A stretch of DNA of 64,000 nucleotides from an uncultured Gammaproteobacteria bacterium. GTDB lineage: Bacteria; Pseudomonadota; Gammaproteobacteria; JACCXJ01. The translations under genes and the position numbers were made by a program. Under the pieces are notes generated by a model. It was not told where the DNA came from, did no database searches, and worked only from the letters and a program-made list of their open reading frames with translations. Shown piece by piece: positions 30,642 to 41,959 of the stretch. The stretch lies in NCBI GenBank assembly GCA_963764725.1, contig CAVXTM010000018.1, positions 480,001 through 544,000 of the forward strand, given 5' to 3'. How positions within the stretch are numbered: the stretch's first letter is position 1; each line of letters begins with the position of its first letter.

Positions 30642-31938
30642 GGGCACTTCGATTAATTCCTCGACTCGGGCCTTAGTATAGCTTTTAGTAGCTGATCGGA
30701 TATATAACTCGTGTTAGAATATGGGCCCTCATCCATAAGAGCAGCAAGGGGAGATGATCATGGGGCAACCGGGGTTGTTTGATGTAGAGGAGCGCTATGA
30801 CGCACTGGACGCGATGGGTGACCCGTTGGTGGTGCTCAAGGAGTCGGTCCCGTGGGAGGAATTTCGTCCGCTATGCGCCAAGATCCATGAGAAGGAGCGT
30901 AAATCACCCGCCGGTCGCAAGCCTTTGGACCCGGTGATGATGTTCAAGGCGTTAGTGTTGCAGAGTCTGTATAACATCTCCGATCAGCAGATGGAGTATC
31001 AAATCAAAGACCGGATGTCGTTCATGCGCTTTCTCGGGCTCAACCTGCAGGACAACGTGCCCGATGCCACCACGCTGTGGGCCTATAGGCAGGTGTTGGC
31101 CGAGCAAGGCCTCTTGGAGGGGCTCTTTGAGCGCTTCAATGCCTATCTCAGCGAGCGCGGCTATCAGGCAAAAGCCGGGCAGATCATCGATGCCAGCATC
31201 GTGCCGGTGCCCCGCCAGAGGAATACTCGGGAAGAGAATGCGGCGATCAAAGGCGGCGAGCTGCCTGAGGACTGGGAAAACAACCCCGCGATGCGCCGGC
31301 AGAAGGACACCGACGCCCGTTGGACCAAGAAACACGGCAAGAGCTACTTTGGGTACAAGAACCACATCAACGTGGACAACAAGCACAAGCTCATCCGCAA
31401 CTTTACCGTCACCGATGCCGCCATCCACGATAGCCAGCTCTTAGCGGAGGTGCTCGATGAAGCCAACACCGGAGCCTCTGTCTGGGCCGACAGTGCCTAT
31501 CGGTCCGAGGAAACCGAACAGCGGCTTGGGGAGGCTGGCTTCAAGAGCCAGATCCACTACAAAGGCCAGCGGGGCAAACCGCTGAGTGCGCACAAAAAGC
31601 GCCTCAACCGCCTGCGCTCCACCATCCGCGCCCGGGTCGAGCATGTCTTTGGCTTTCAGCATAACTCCATGGGCGGCAAACTCATCCGCACCATAGGACT
31701 GGCTAGGGCCAAGACCATGATCGCGCTGATGAACCTCACCTACAACATCATGCGCTATCTGCAACTGGAGCGACGCAAGCCAGGAAATCGGCTTGCCCAC
31801 GCAACCTAAAGCAGCGATGGTAAACGGCATCCTATAAGGCAAGCGGTAGCCGTGTACAAAACACCACTTACCCGACTTTAATCATCCTTGGTTATTTAAC
31901 GGTTAGCTACCACTGGAAACGAATTTATCGAAGTGCCC
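30642..31938 (+). mobile_element. IS5-family element type B
   Basis: GGGCACTTCGAT IRs, TTAA TSD. Confidence 0.95.
30754..31809 (+). CDS. IS5-family transposase (intact)
   Basis: IIDASIV, DTDARW, FGYKNHINVD, WADSAY, RARVEHVFG. Confidence 0.95.
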   Translation: MIMGQPGLFDVEERYDALDAMGDPLVVLKESVPWEEFRPLCAKIHEKERKSPAGRKPLDPVMMFKALVLQSLYNISDQQMEYQIKDRMSFMRFLGLNLQDNVPDATTLWAYRQVLAEQGLLEGLFERFNAYLSERGYQAKAGQIIDASIVPVPRQRNTREENAAIKGGELPEDWENNPAMRRQKDTDARWTKKHGKSYFGYKNHINVDNKHKLIRNFTVTDAAIHDSQLLAEVLDEANTGASVWADSAYRSEETEQRLGEAGFKSQIHYKGQRGKPLSAHKKRLNRLRSTIRARVEHVFGFQHNSMGGKLIRTIGLARAKTMIALMNLTYNIMRYLQLERRKPGNRLAHAT

Positions 31939-32078
31939 TTAATGGCGTTGGTGAGCGAAACAGACATGCTCGGTGGCGACCAAGCTAGCCGAGCATTTTC
32001 TTAATCGTCGTTTCGTACTCCGGAAAGTACCGACAGATGACGGGCAGTTCGAAGCTCTGCAGGATACTAGTATTGGGC

Positions 32079-33680
32079 GGGTGTAGATCGGTAACTGATA
32101 TGATTTTATTGAAGTTGTGGCATGTTAGGGTAGCGTGAGCTGACAATTTGTCATGGCGGTAGAGAGGTGAAGGGGCAGTGGTCCTCGTGGATAATTCGTC
32201 GTGCATTAATTCAACGAAATCCGGAGGCTGCCCCGATGCAAGTATTTCACACGACCAAGAACGATGCCACAGCTAAGAACGCGGCGATCGAACGACTGCA
32301 CAAGGCAGTTGCGGAGCTGCGCGCCCGTCGTGGGGCGGAGGAGAACTTCGAAGGCTTTGAACAGGAGTTGCACGCCGTATTCATGGACGCCGAGTGCGAG
32401 ATCCTCGCCGAGGAGCTGGAGCGGCTGGATGTGAACCAGCCGCAGCTGCTGATTGACGGGCACCTGCACCATCGGGTGCTACGCAGTTCGGAGACCTACC
32501 TGAGCGCGGCGGGTGCGGTGAAAGTGTGGCGCACGCTGTACCGCCGTGGTCGCGATGGGGCGGTGGTGCCGTTGGAGTTGCGTGCGGGTATGGTGGCCGG
32601 TCAGTTCACCCCGCGCGCGGCGCGCCAAGCGCTGTGGGCGGTGGCGCATCTGACCCCGCAGGAGGCCGAAGGGTTGTTTCGGGAAGTGGGCAACATGAGC
32701 CCCTCGAAGAGCAGTCTGGATCGGTTGCCGAAGCAGTGCTCGGCGCAGTGGGAAGCGCAACGGGAACACTTCGAGGCGCAGTTGCACGGAGCGATGACGA
32801 TTCCCGAAGCGGCGGTCACGGTGGCGGTGTCGCTCGATGGGGTGATGACGCCGATGAAGGACGGGGCACGCGCTGCCAAGCGCGACCAGGGTGTTGCCGA
32901 AGGCAAGCGCACGAAAGGACCGGCCGGCTATCAAGAAGTGGGCTGTGCGACGCTGAGCTTTCACGATGTCGAAGGCGAGCGGCTGGGCACGGTGCGCATG
33001 GCGCGGATGCCGGAGTCAAAGAAAGCGACCGTGAAGACGATGCTAGCGGCGGAGGTGGCGGCCGCACTCCGACAACGCCCGCCGTTGCGGGTGGTCAAGC
33101 TTGCCGACGGGGCCAAGGACAACTGGACCTTCCTCAGCGATGAACTGCCCGCGGGTGAGGAGATCATCGACTTCTACCACGCCGCCGAGCATCTCAAAGC
33201 AGCGTTTGCGGTGGCCTACGGGGAAAACACCCCGAAGGCGCGCACCCAGTTTGAGACCTATCGGCACATCCTGCGCGCGGAGAACGATGGAGTCGAAAAG
33301 GTGATCCGCACACTCGCTTATCAGCGCGACCGGCATCCGCGCCGCAAGGTGCTAGCGACCGAGCTCGGCTACTTCCGCCGCAATCGAGCGCGCATGGGCT
33401 ATGCGGCGGCAAAAGCGCTGGGGTTGCCGATCGGCTCAGGTGTGGTGGAAGCGGCGTGCAAGACGTTGGTGACGCAGCGGATGAAACGCTCGGGCATGCG
33501 CTGGCGACACGAGGGCGGTCAAGCGATCTTGACATTGCGTGCGCTGGCGCAGAGCCAGCGCTTCGATCACGGCTGGCGGCTGCTCGCACAAACCTACCGT
33601 GCCCACGTCGCGGCTCCGGATAACGTCATTGCATTCCCTGGCGCCAAGGTACACTGATGATCAGTTTGAGACCTACACCC
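32079..33680 (+). mobile_element. ISKra4/ISLre2-like (UPF0236) element
   Basis: GGGTGTAG...ACTGAT IRs, 8-bp TSD tattgggc. Confidence 0.9.
32236..33657 (+). CDS. ISKra4/ISLre2-like transposase
   Basis: VSLDG, LADGA, IDFYHAAEHL, PIGSGVVEAACK, RMKRSGMRW. Confidence 0.9.
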   Translation: MQVFHTTKNDATAKNAAIERLHKAVAELRARRGAEENFEGFEQELHAVFMDAECEILAEELERLDVNQPQLLIDGHLHHRVLRSSETYLSAAGAVKVWRTLYRRGRDGAVVPLELRAGMVAGQFTPRAARQALWAVAHLTPQEAEGLFREVGNMSPSKSSLDRLPKQCSAQWEAQREHFEAQLHGAMTIPEAAVTVAVSLDGVMTPMKDGARAAKRDQGVAEGKRTKGPAGYQEVGCATLSFHDVEGERLGTVRMARMPESKKATVKTMLAAEVAAALRQRPPLRVVKLADGAKDNWTFLSDELPAGEEIIDFYHAAEHLKAAFAVAYGENTPKARTQFETYRHILRAENDGVEKVIRTLAYQRDRHPRRKVLATELGYFRRNRARMGYAAAKALGLPIGSGVVEAACKTLVTQRMKRSGMRWRHEGGQAILTLRALAQSQRFDHGWRLLAQTYRAHVAAPDNVIAFPGAKVH

Positions 33681-34019
33681 TATTGGGCTCGCGGGCTAGC
33701 AAGAACGCAAACGATTTCTCGACAAGCGTCTCGGCGCGCACCCGCCCACCTGTCAGCTTCTTATAGTAATCGGGCTCCACCGTCACCGTGTGGGTGGTCG
33801 TGGTCGTGCCCGTGACGGTTACTTTGAATGTTTTGTCATCTATCTGCTGGACCGAAACCATACCCAGTATTTTTCTCCAAATTCATCGATTGTCAGCGGC
33901 AAGCGTGCACATGAGCGCAGCAGGGTCGAGGCCAAAACTGGATGATACGTGCCAGTATTTCCAGCCGTTCAGGGTACACGGATCGTCTAGTACAACGCCA
34001 GTAGTTTTCAGTTAGCCAC

Positions 34020-34378
34020 CGAAGCGCGTTGGACGACACATCCTTCCAGGCAAAGAACCGCGAGAGGACTACCAGCAGATGGCGTGATGGGTTGTCGAAA
34101 CGCCGGGGTACCGCTTGGCGCTCTTGGTAGTACGCCAGCTGCTTGCGTAGAAACAGATTCTCTGCCGCCAGCGCCGCATGGCTCCTCGTGCAGAGGGCCA
34201 GGAAAGCTAACGCGCTCCTGACAAGCATGCAGCAGAGAGCACCGAGCTCAATCAAACAGCGAACGAGGCGGCCAAGAGATTCCATGCCTCTAAGCTACAC
34301 CCGTATCTCAGTGGATGCCTAGCTGCCCCCGCAAAAGCAGGAAAATGCACGGTAGCATATTATTTGCGGAGCACAAGT
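34020..34378 (-). mobile_element. rve-integrase element remnant (family 2)
   Basis: LAAENLFLRKQLAYYQER; leader homologous to 63670-63768. Confidence 0.75.
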
Positions 34379-34785
34379 AGTGTGGCGCCCAGTCGCGCGG
34401 ACTTGAATAGTGAGGCGATATGCAAAGCTCGTAATCAAGTCGTTTTCACAAAGAGAGGCTCCAATGTCGCCTCCGGGTCGCCAACGGGCCTACGGAGGAC
34501 TACATCAAGTAGTACGTCCCGCGCAATCGGGTGGTGTACCAACTGGTTCGACGTGTACGAGTTGGAAGAGCAATATCTCTGAAACAACAATTAAAATCGA
34601 GGCTCCAGCTTACGGCACCCGGGTTCTGTCAAACATACAAGGACAAAAGATTACGTTCGGTCGTTACAACGTGTCCAGTGCTGCCCTGCAACGCATCGGC
34701 CAATGGCATATTGGTGCCGATCGCCGGAACCACAGCGCTTCGTGAGCGAAGCGTGCTGGTGCTCAAGCCTTCTCTTCTTGCGCGA

Positions 34786-35439
34786 TGAGCTCAGGCTGGT
34801 CGTTCTTGGATCGTTACCGTCTTACTGACAGGTAGACGAGCATCCGTTCCGAAGGATAAGGTTTCAAGTAGGCCGTGAGCCGGTCGGCGTCGGTGAGATC
34901 GGGGTCCATCCAGGTGTCGTAGTCCGCCGGCGCCAAGATGACTGGCATGCGGTCGTGAATTGGTTTTGTCAGCTCGTTGGCCTCGGTGACAATGATGGCG
35001 CAGGAATCGATGCTTTGCTCGTCTCGCGCCCAGTGTTCCCAGACCCCCGCGAACGCGAACGGCTCACCGTCCTTGAGCGCGATGAAGTACGGTTGCTTGG
35101 TGCGCTCGAGCTTGCGCCACTCATAGTAGCCATCGGCGGCAATGAGGCATCGCCGGTGACGGAATGCGTTTCGGAAGTTTCGGAAGGTTGGCTTCTCGGC
35201 CACGGACTGGCGCGTGCGTTGAATGGTGCTATAGCCGGTCCTCAGCTCCTTGGACCAGTACGGGATCAGGCCCCAGTATAGGGACACGAGTTCGCGGTTG
35301 CCCCGGCGGCGTTCCGCGCCAGCAGTAAGGCTTGCGTCGGTGCGATGTTGTACCGCGGGTTGAGGCTGAAACTCGCGCCCGTGCGGAATAGATCGGCAAA
35401 CTTCCGGACAGATGAGAATCGGGCGAACCGGCCGCACAT
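34786..35439 (-). pseudogene. SOS response-associated peptidase (SRAP/YedK), frameshifted
   Basis: MCGRF start at 35439; WGLIPYW, RRCLIAADGYYEW, IHDRMPVIL. Confidence 0.85.
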
Positions 35440-35442
35440 CGG

Positions 35443-35934
35443 TCAACGCCTGCGAAATGCCCAGGGCGGTACCGGGTTTCGGTCTCGCCAGAGGCCGCGC
35501 CGCTCCGCCCGGGCTTTCTCCTCGGCCCTTCCGTAGGCCACCCGATCATCGGCCAGTTGCTCGCGCTCGCAGCGCTTGTAATGCCAGACCAGCCCGGATT
35601 GGATCTGATTGAGGCGCACATCCACCCCGTTCTCGAGCACCTTGCCGAGGATGCGCTTATAGCGGTCCCGCTTGTGAAACACCACCGAGACTGTCTTGTC
35701 GTACGCCAGATCCGAGAGGTGCCGCTTCGACACCTGCCCGAACGCTTGGCGCTTCTCGGGTGCGTCGATGCCCGTTAGCCGCACCCGATGTTGCTGCCGT
35801 TGGGCGGTCAGAACCGTGAGGGTGTCGCCGTCGGCGATGCCGACGACCCGGCCAGTCAGCTGATCGGCCCAGGCCGAGCCGATCAGCAAGGCGAACCCAA
35901 AGAGGGTGAGCAGTCGAAAAAACTGTCCGGTCAT
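35443..35934 (-). CDS. Thermonuclease (SNase-like) with signal peptide
   Basis: VVGIADGDTL, VRLTGIDAPE, DRYKRILG, ARAERRGLW. Confidence 0.92.
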   Translation of the reverse strand: MTGQFFRLLTLFGFALLIGSAWADQLTGRVVGIADGDTLTVLTAQRQQHRVRLTGIDAPEKRQAFGQVSKRHLSDLAYDKTVSVVFHKRDRYKRILGKVLENGVDVRLNQIQSGLVWHYKRCEREQLADDRVAYGRAEEKARAERRGLWRDRNPVPPWAFRRR

Positions 35935-36057
35935 GTCTTCATTTTCGCATTTGCCCGCACGAGCATGAAATTCCTCCGCAACTCCGGGATTACCAGCCTC
36001 GGTCTCTAAGTCCATAATTCTCTCGGGATACAGGTTGGAAAAATCGACAGGCATCCA

Positions 36058-36270
36058 ATGCTTAAACAGGTACCTCCAGAGAGCATGTCGCCCGACCAGC
36101 GCCGGGCCGAGGTGGCCATCCTGTTGGCCCTGGGGCTCGTGCGCCTCCGCGAGTACACCGCGCAGAACTCCGCAGGCCTGGACCCGGAGAGCGGGTTGGA
36201 CCTTGGCTTCCTTGGCGACCAGCGCGTTCATAGCAACCCCGTCAACGAGAGAACGAGGAAGGCGCAATGA
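36058..36270 (+). CDS. Small hypothetical protein typical of serine-recombinase islands
   Basis: MSPDQRRAEVAILLALGLVRLR; followed by a DUF2924-like start. Confidence 0.55.
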   Translation: MLKQVPPESMSPDQRRAEVAILLALGLVRLREYTAQNSAGLDPESGLDLGFLGDQRVHSNPVNERTRKAQ

Positions 36271-36355
36271 ACGTAAATGGACCCATCCCCGTAACGCCCC
36301 CGAGCGTGGCGGCCCAAATCGCCCGGCTGCCCGCGCTGTCGATGGCCGAGTTCAG
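36267..36355 (+). pseudogene. DUF2924-like N-terminal stub
   Basis: PPSVAAQIARLPALSMAE then truncated. Confidence 0.5.
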
Positions 36356-36405
36356 GGAAGCCCAGCAGTACTTTTCTTGTCAACGAAAAGGGCGTTTAAT
36401 TTTCT

Positions 36406-37787
36406 GGCTCATCGTGAAAGTGAGTGGGTAGAAAATGGTGTTTTCACAGTACCGGCAGCATGCAGGTAAGCACCTTGAGGCGCAGGTAATCCTCGTCGCG
36501 GAGTCCGTAGGCGCGGCGCTGGATGACGCGGATCTTGTTGTTGAGTCCTTCGACGAATCCGAGAGAGATCTTGTTCTCTGGTTTGCAATAAGCAGCGATC
36601 CCATCCCAATGGCGCTCGATCATCTCGGCGAATTTCTCGTACGGTTTCAGACGCTGCCATTTAAGCGCGTTACGCCAGTTCTCGAAGAAACGTCGCGCCC
36701 ACGCTTCACGCTCGTAGCTCCACAATTGGCCGAAAGATTCCTTGAGCAGATAAGCAGTGTTCAGCCGCTTGTTGGCGGCGAGGAGCCTCTTCAAGGCAGC
36801 TCGACCATCGAGGGTCAGATTCTCCCGCCGGGAGAGCAGGGTATATTTTTGGCCCTTGATGTAGGTACGTTTCTCGCCGCTGAGTCGGGCGTACTCCCCC
36901 TTGCGGACCTTATCGAGCGCTTCGCCCAGATGACGCGTCACGTGAAATTTGTCGAACAGGATGGCCGCCTGGGGCGCTTGTTCTCTGGTGCTGTTGCGAA
37001 ACGGCTTCCACATATCCATCACAGCCAAGCGCACCCCCTTGGTTTTACGCGGCCCCAGCCATTTGAAGAATTCGTCCATGCTGGCCTGAGAGCGGTCAGT
37101 CCCGCCAAACCAGATCGGTCGGCCACGGAGGAGATCGCTGACCACGATGCGATAGGTGTGACCCTTGCGGATGGCGATCTCATCGATGCCGATAACCGCA
37201 GGTCCTGGCCGGCCAGCCCGTGCAAGCTGCGCACCCATGTATTGCTTGTCCAACTCCTTGACCGTCTGCCAGTCGAGATCCAACTCATCGGCCACCGCTT
37301 TGATGGTGCTCGTGCGCCAGCGCCGCCCGACGTAGAAAGCAAAGCGCTTGGTGTAGAAAGGGTTGTCGGCCAGAAAGTCCAGACGCTCGCGCTTCACCTT
37401 GCCGCACTGCCGGCAATCCACACGCCGGACCTCCAACTCCAGCCGCACGTGCGTATCCCCGCAGGAGAGATCTCGAACCTGCCGCAGCTTCTTGTCGTAC
37501 CAACCGCGATGCAACGTACCGCAGACTCCACAGCGTGTTTTTTTGAGCGTCGTACAACCGTGACGATGCGCACCTTCGGTTCCCCGAAAACCCCGCGTAC
37601 CGCTGCTTGCGGACGAAAGCCGTCAAAGGCGTATGTGTCGGTGAGACGACGAGAGCGTTTGCGTTGGTAGCCTTCGCCACAGCATGCCAGAAATTACCGT
37701 CCCTTCAACCGGACGTAATCCCTTGCAGAGCAAGCCTTGCAGCGTGATCATGAAACCAATATTACCCACACGTTTTCACGAAGACCC
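36406..37787 (-). mobile_element. ISL3-family element, copy 3 (transposase main ORF 36444-37514)
   Basis: Near-identical to copies 1 and 2; TSD aattttct. Confidence 0.95.
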
Positions 37788-37795
37788 AATTTTCT

Positions 37796-37980
37796 TATAC
37801 GCGCCATTGACGACACATGCACCCATAACGGCGGTCCCTTAAGCGACGGCTTTATCCACGGGGACGAATCGAATGCCCCTGGCATGGTGCCCACTTCAAC
37901 ATCAAATCAGGCAAGGTCCAGCCACGGAAGACGTTGCCAAATACAGCCTCCGTTTCCACGGAGACGAAATTGAGGTCTAG
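37796..37980 (+). pseudogene. Rieske [2Fe-2S] ferredoxin remnant
   Basis: AIDDTCTH-GGPL then, after a frameshift, ECPWHGAHFNI. Confidence 0.7.
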
Positions 37981-38165
37981 ATTGCCGGTGAAATAGCGGA
38001 TCTCAATTCAGAAAGGAGCAATCTTATGAAGTTCATGCTGACGTTCTCTTAGAACCCGGACCTGAAGACGCGGCCAGAGAATGAGCCATGACGACGCCAA
38101 GGCCAAGCTGCGTCAAGCAGTAGAGGTACCCAACAAGCCGTTGCGCTAATTCCCAGAGAAAGCGG

Positions 38166-38441
38166 ATGACCGAAAACATCAAGAAGCTGATCCTCGATCA
38201 CTTGCGAGCGCGGCATACTGATATTGTTGGACTGAGAGAGGGCTTGCGCGAGATCAAACAACGCCTCACTAGTCTGGAGAGTGCCTTTATCGGTCTACGC
38301 CGGGACATGGCCGACCAGCATGCCCGTTGCGACCGTCTGGCCGAAACGATTGGACGCATCGAGAAACGGCTAAGCTCGGAAGAAAATCTATCGAAACAAC
38401 TGAGATCATCGGAGCCTCCCAAAACCCATCCAGGCCAGTAG
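38166..38441 (+). CDS. Small coiled-coil hypothetical protein
   Basis: MTENIKKLILDHLRA...EIKQRLTSLE...RIEKRL. Confidence 0.5.
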   Translation: MTENIKKLILDHLRARHTDIVGLREGLREIKQRLTSLESAFIGLRRDMADQHARCDRLAETIGRIEKRLSSEENLSKQLRSSEPPKTHPGQ

Positions 38442-38752
38442 GTCTCAGGAGGAAAGCAGGCAACAGGCTCTGCAACTGGTTTTTGCAAAGCCCCATGGTG
38501 CAATCAATCGATTGGCGAACATCGTGCTTTCACCTGTCCGTCCCGAAAACTCATATGCGCTGGTCTTCGTGTCCCGATCTCACGCTGCAAGTCTTAGATA
38601 ATGATGATGAAGACCGCCAAGATCGGGGAGTTCGATGACGGTGCCCCTCGCACCGACATACTCACGTATGCGTAAGCTCGCAAGACCGTTTAAGCAGACG
38701 CTAGTTTGTGGCGGCGCGGCGCGCGAACAACGAACTAATTGCAACTCCTCCG

Positions 38753-38947
38753 TTAGGCGTTGAAATTGTCCCGCTTATCTCCATCCTTGCGCGTCTTGTT
38801 CAACAGGTACCCGAGACGTAAAACGACTACCAAGCTTAACGCTAGCCAACCGTATGGATAGGAGATTACTCCGGCGAAGAAGAGCGCCACGGTGGTTGCG
38901 AGCAACGCTCCGCTAACTAAGAATATGGGGTCGCCACGAAATCCCAT
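38753..38947 (-). CDS. Small two-TM hypothetical protein
   Basis: 64 aa hydrophobic ORF with charged tail. Confidence 0.45.
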   Translation of the reverse strand: MGFRGDPIFLVSGALLATTVALFFAGVISYPYGWLALSLVVVLRLGYLLNKTRKDGDKRDNFNA

Positions 38948-39354
38948 CTAAGCGCGTATACCTGGCTAGTATGTCGATAGCAATTTAGATGGGCCGGCTT
39001 AGCACGCGGTCGATTTTAGCATAGCTCGTGAGTTGTATCGGCAGTTCGCCCTGATCGGGAGCGTCACCTGGTGCTAGACTACATAGACACACCGGGATAG
39101 GGCGTCGTCTCATGCGGTGGCTGGAAAGATCGGCAGACTTCGCTGGGATTTGCGCGATCCACGTAGAGGCGCGCGCCACCAATAGCACGCCCAGTCTTTT
39201 TACCGATCGCTTGGCTATTACTCGGTCGGTCTATGGCCGCGAGGCGGCTATCCGCATGTCGCGCACCCTGCGCAGCGTGCGTTGGTCAGAACTGGACCTG
39301 AACGATGCGAAACTCACGTCTCGGCGCAAACTGTGGGCGTCTTAAGAATAATGG

Positions 39355-41121
39355 ATGGCTACTTGGGAGCAGCGTCCTATGGCGAATGATAAGCGCCGAA
39401 GGTCCTTTCGCCTCTCTGTGAAAGCCATTCTCATTGTCGCCGTGATTGTGATCACGGCCGTTGGGGGCGATCAGCGGCTTTTCGCGTCAACCAACGGCTT
39501 AGACTGGAATGCCTTCGTAAACCGCTTTATTGAGGACTACCTTGTGACACACCCTGACGTTGCCGTGGACGCCGGGCGCCATGAGTTCGACGGCAAGCTG
39601 CCTGACTGGAGTCCCGCGGCCCTCAAGAAGCAGGGCGACTGGCTCCGCTCTCATCGTAAGCGGGCATTAGCATTCAACCCTGCCAGGTTAAACGAACATC
39701 AACGCTTCGAGCGTGACTATTTAATCGCCGTTATCGATGGGAGCCTGTTCTGGCTGGCATCTGCAGAGTGGCCATACAAAAATCCGATGTCCTATGCGAA
39801 AGCACTCGACCCCAACGTGTATGTGACCCGCGAGTATGCGCCGCTGCCGGCTCGCATGCGGGCCTATATCGATTATGCCAAAGCGGTTCCCATCGCTGTC
39901 CAGCAGATCCGCAACAACCTCCGCACACCGCTGCCACGCACACACATCGAAGTCGCGAAGAAGGTGTTCGCTGGTCTAGCGACGTTTTACGAAAAAGACG
40001 TAGTCGCTGAGTTCGCCGCCGTCAACGATGCGAAACTTAGAAGCGAATTCGCGATCGCGAATGCGAAGGCGGCCCAAGCCATGAAGCGACTAGACCAGTG
40101 GTTCGAATCGCAGCGTGCCCTTGCCACCGAGAACTATGCACTCGGTCCGGCCCCTTTTCTTCAGATGCTCAAGGACACAGAAGGCTTGGATGTTTCCATA
40201 GAACAACTGCAGCACATCGGTCGCGAGGACCTTGATCGCAACCTTCGCGCTTTACGTGTCGCGTGCGCTAGCTTCGCGCCCGAGAAGCCGATCCAGGAAT
40301 GCATCGCCAAGGCGCAGGCCAACAAACCCAAGGGCGGTGCCGTCGTGGGTGCACGCCGTCAGCTTCCTCTGCTACGTTCATTCGTCGTAGCCAACGATCT
40401 GGTAAGCATCCCGGGTCCAGAAGAAGCCGGCGTCGCCGAGTCGCCTCCCTATAAACGCTGGAATCCCGCCTATATCGATATCCCGGGTCCTTTCGAGAAG
40501 CCTTTGCCCTCGGTGTACTACGTCGCACCACCCGACCCGTCCTGGTCCAAGGCTGAGCGTGAGGCGTATGTCCCGGGAGAGGCGCGGCTATTGTTTATCT
40601 CGGTGCACGAAGTATGGCCGGGTCACTTTCTGCAGTTCTTGCATTCGAACCGAGTGTCATCAAAGGTCGCCCGACTCTTTGTGGGATATGGATTTGCGGA
40701 AGGATGGGCGCACTACGCAGAAGAGCTCATGTGGGAGGCCGGGCTTGGCGATGGCGATGCTGGGGTCCATATCGGTCAACTACAAGACGCCTTGCGGCGA
40801 AATGTGCGCTTTCTGTCGGCGATCGGCTTACATGCGCAAGGCATGACAGTGAGAGAGTCAGAGCAGATGTTCCGCGACCTCGCGTATCAAGACATCGCCA
40901 ATGCCAGGCAGCAAGCGGCGCGCGGCACCTTCGACCCGGCCTATTTGAACTACACGCTAGGCAAGCTGATGATCCGAAAGTTGCGTAATGACTGGACCGG
41001 ATCCCGTGGAGGACACAAGGCCTGGCGCGCATTCCACGACAAATTGCTCTCCTACGGCGGTCCGCCGATCCCGCTGGTGCGCGAGGCGATGCTCGGACCC
41101 AATGCTGGTCCAACGTTTTAG
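39355..41121 (+). CDS. DUF885 family protein (zincin-like)
   Basis: HEVWPGHFLQ, FAEGWAHYAE, YLNYTLGK, FHDKLLSYG. Confidence 0.9.
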   Translation: MATWEQRPMANDKRRRSFRLSVKAILIVAVIVITAVGGDQRLFASTNGLDWNAFVNRFIEDYLVTHPDVAVDAGRHEFDGKLPDWSPAALKKQGDWLRSHRKRALAFNPARLNEHQRFERDYLIAVIDGSLFWLASAEWPYKNPMSYAKALDPNVYVTREYAPLPARMRAYIDYAKAVPIAVQQIRNNLRTPLPRTHIEVAKKVFAGLATFYEKDVVAEFAAVNDAKLRSEFAIANAKAAQAMKRLDQWFESQRALATENYALGPAPFLQMLKDTEGLDVSIEQLQHIGREDLDRNLRALRVACASFAPEKPIQECIAKAQANKPKGGAVVGARRQLPLLRSFVVANDLVSIPGPEEAGVAESPPYKRWNPAYIDIPGPFEKPLPSVYYVAPPDPSWSKAEREAYVPGEARLLFISVHEVWPGHFLQFLHSNRVSSKVARLFVGYGFAEGWAHYAEELMWEAGLGDGDAGVHIGQLQDALRRNVRFLSAIGLHAQGMTVRESEQMFRDLAYQDIANARQQAARGTFDPAYLNYTLGKLMIRKLRNDWTGSRGGHKAWRAFHDKLLSYGGPPIPLVREAMLGPNAGPTF

Positions 41122-41815
41122 ACATCGTCCGCCCTCGCATTTCATTGGCCGTTGTCTAATCCGTGTAGTATGAGGATAGAGACTACCGCAAGGCGCGCGA
41201 TAATACGTTATTTTCATAACGTCAAATCAATGCGGACCAGTCCGCAGTTTAGCCGCGTAGCCGCTTGATTGTGTAACGTTTGGTAAGGGACTCCCAACGC
41301 CACAACCAAAGAGTTGACGGTGTCTGTAAGAGCGTGAACGATCTTCAGATCTGAACGCTAGGTCGTCGACCAGCAACGTAGCCACCACCGATAAGGAGGA
41401 CGTCAGTACGCTACGCCCTACGTCCCCGTGCTTACGCACGGGGGTTTATTTGAATCCACTTGCTTCGATATTCTCTTTTTACTTGAAGGAGAAGTTTGCA
41501 GTACGGATCGAACCATCCTTAAAGAGCACAACCAAGTGCCAGGATTTGTAAAATCATCCGCTGATCTCGATGCGTGCGTTCGAAACTCGGGTCCTCAAAT
41601 CGCCCCTGGAAAATTGGAAGCCCGTTATCGGAACGCTACGACGTGAATGCAAGAGACACCGGCACAATTCCATCGCCTTGCGCGTGGCCCCGTTTTTGTT
41701 CTTGCCGGAATGCGTCGTCAATACCTGCAGCCACGATGGGCAACAACGTGACAGTGGCGCCCCACTACCGGACAGCGCAAGAACATCGCGTGCGACGCGT
41801 CAATCGAGGTGCGGC

Positions 41816-41959
41816 CTATCTCTTCCCGCCGGGCTTCTTCGCGGTGGTGGGTTTTTTCGTCGGGCGTTTTGCGGGCGATTTCTTTGGGCTGCTCGCCTTC
41901 CGCGTGACCTTAGGCGGTGCTTTCGCAGTCTTCATCGCAGGTTTCATTGCTTTTGCCAT
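41816..41959 (-). CDS. 47-aa Lys/Ala/Pro-rich histone-H1-like peptide (not in ORF track)
   Basis: GGAG RBS; MAKAMKPAMKTAKAPPKVTRKASSPKKSPAKRPTKKPTTAKKPGGKR. Confidence 0.65.
   Translation of the reverse strand: MAKAMKPAMKTAKAPPKVTRKASSPKKSPAKRPTKKPTTAKKPGGKR

Larger units (their letters stand above)
31985..33861 (-). pseudogene. Conserved hypothetical gene split by IS (33861-33681 plus 32078-31985)
   Basis: ...EKSFAFLLAREPN | TSILQSFELPVICRYFPEYE rejoin after removing the IS and one TSD copy. Confidence 0.75.

Noticed and set aside
38690-38960. Small minus-strand gene ending in GCCTAAC as a cassette
   Set aside because: No convincing attC stem or distal GTTRRRY core
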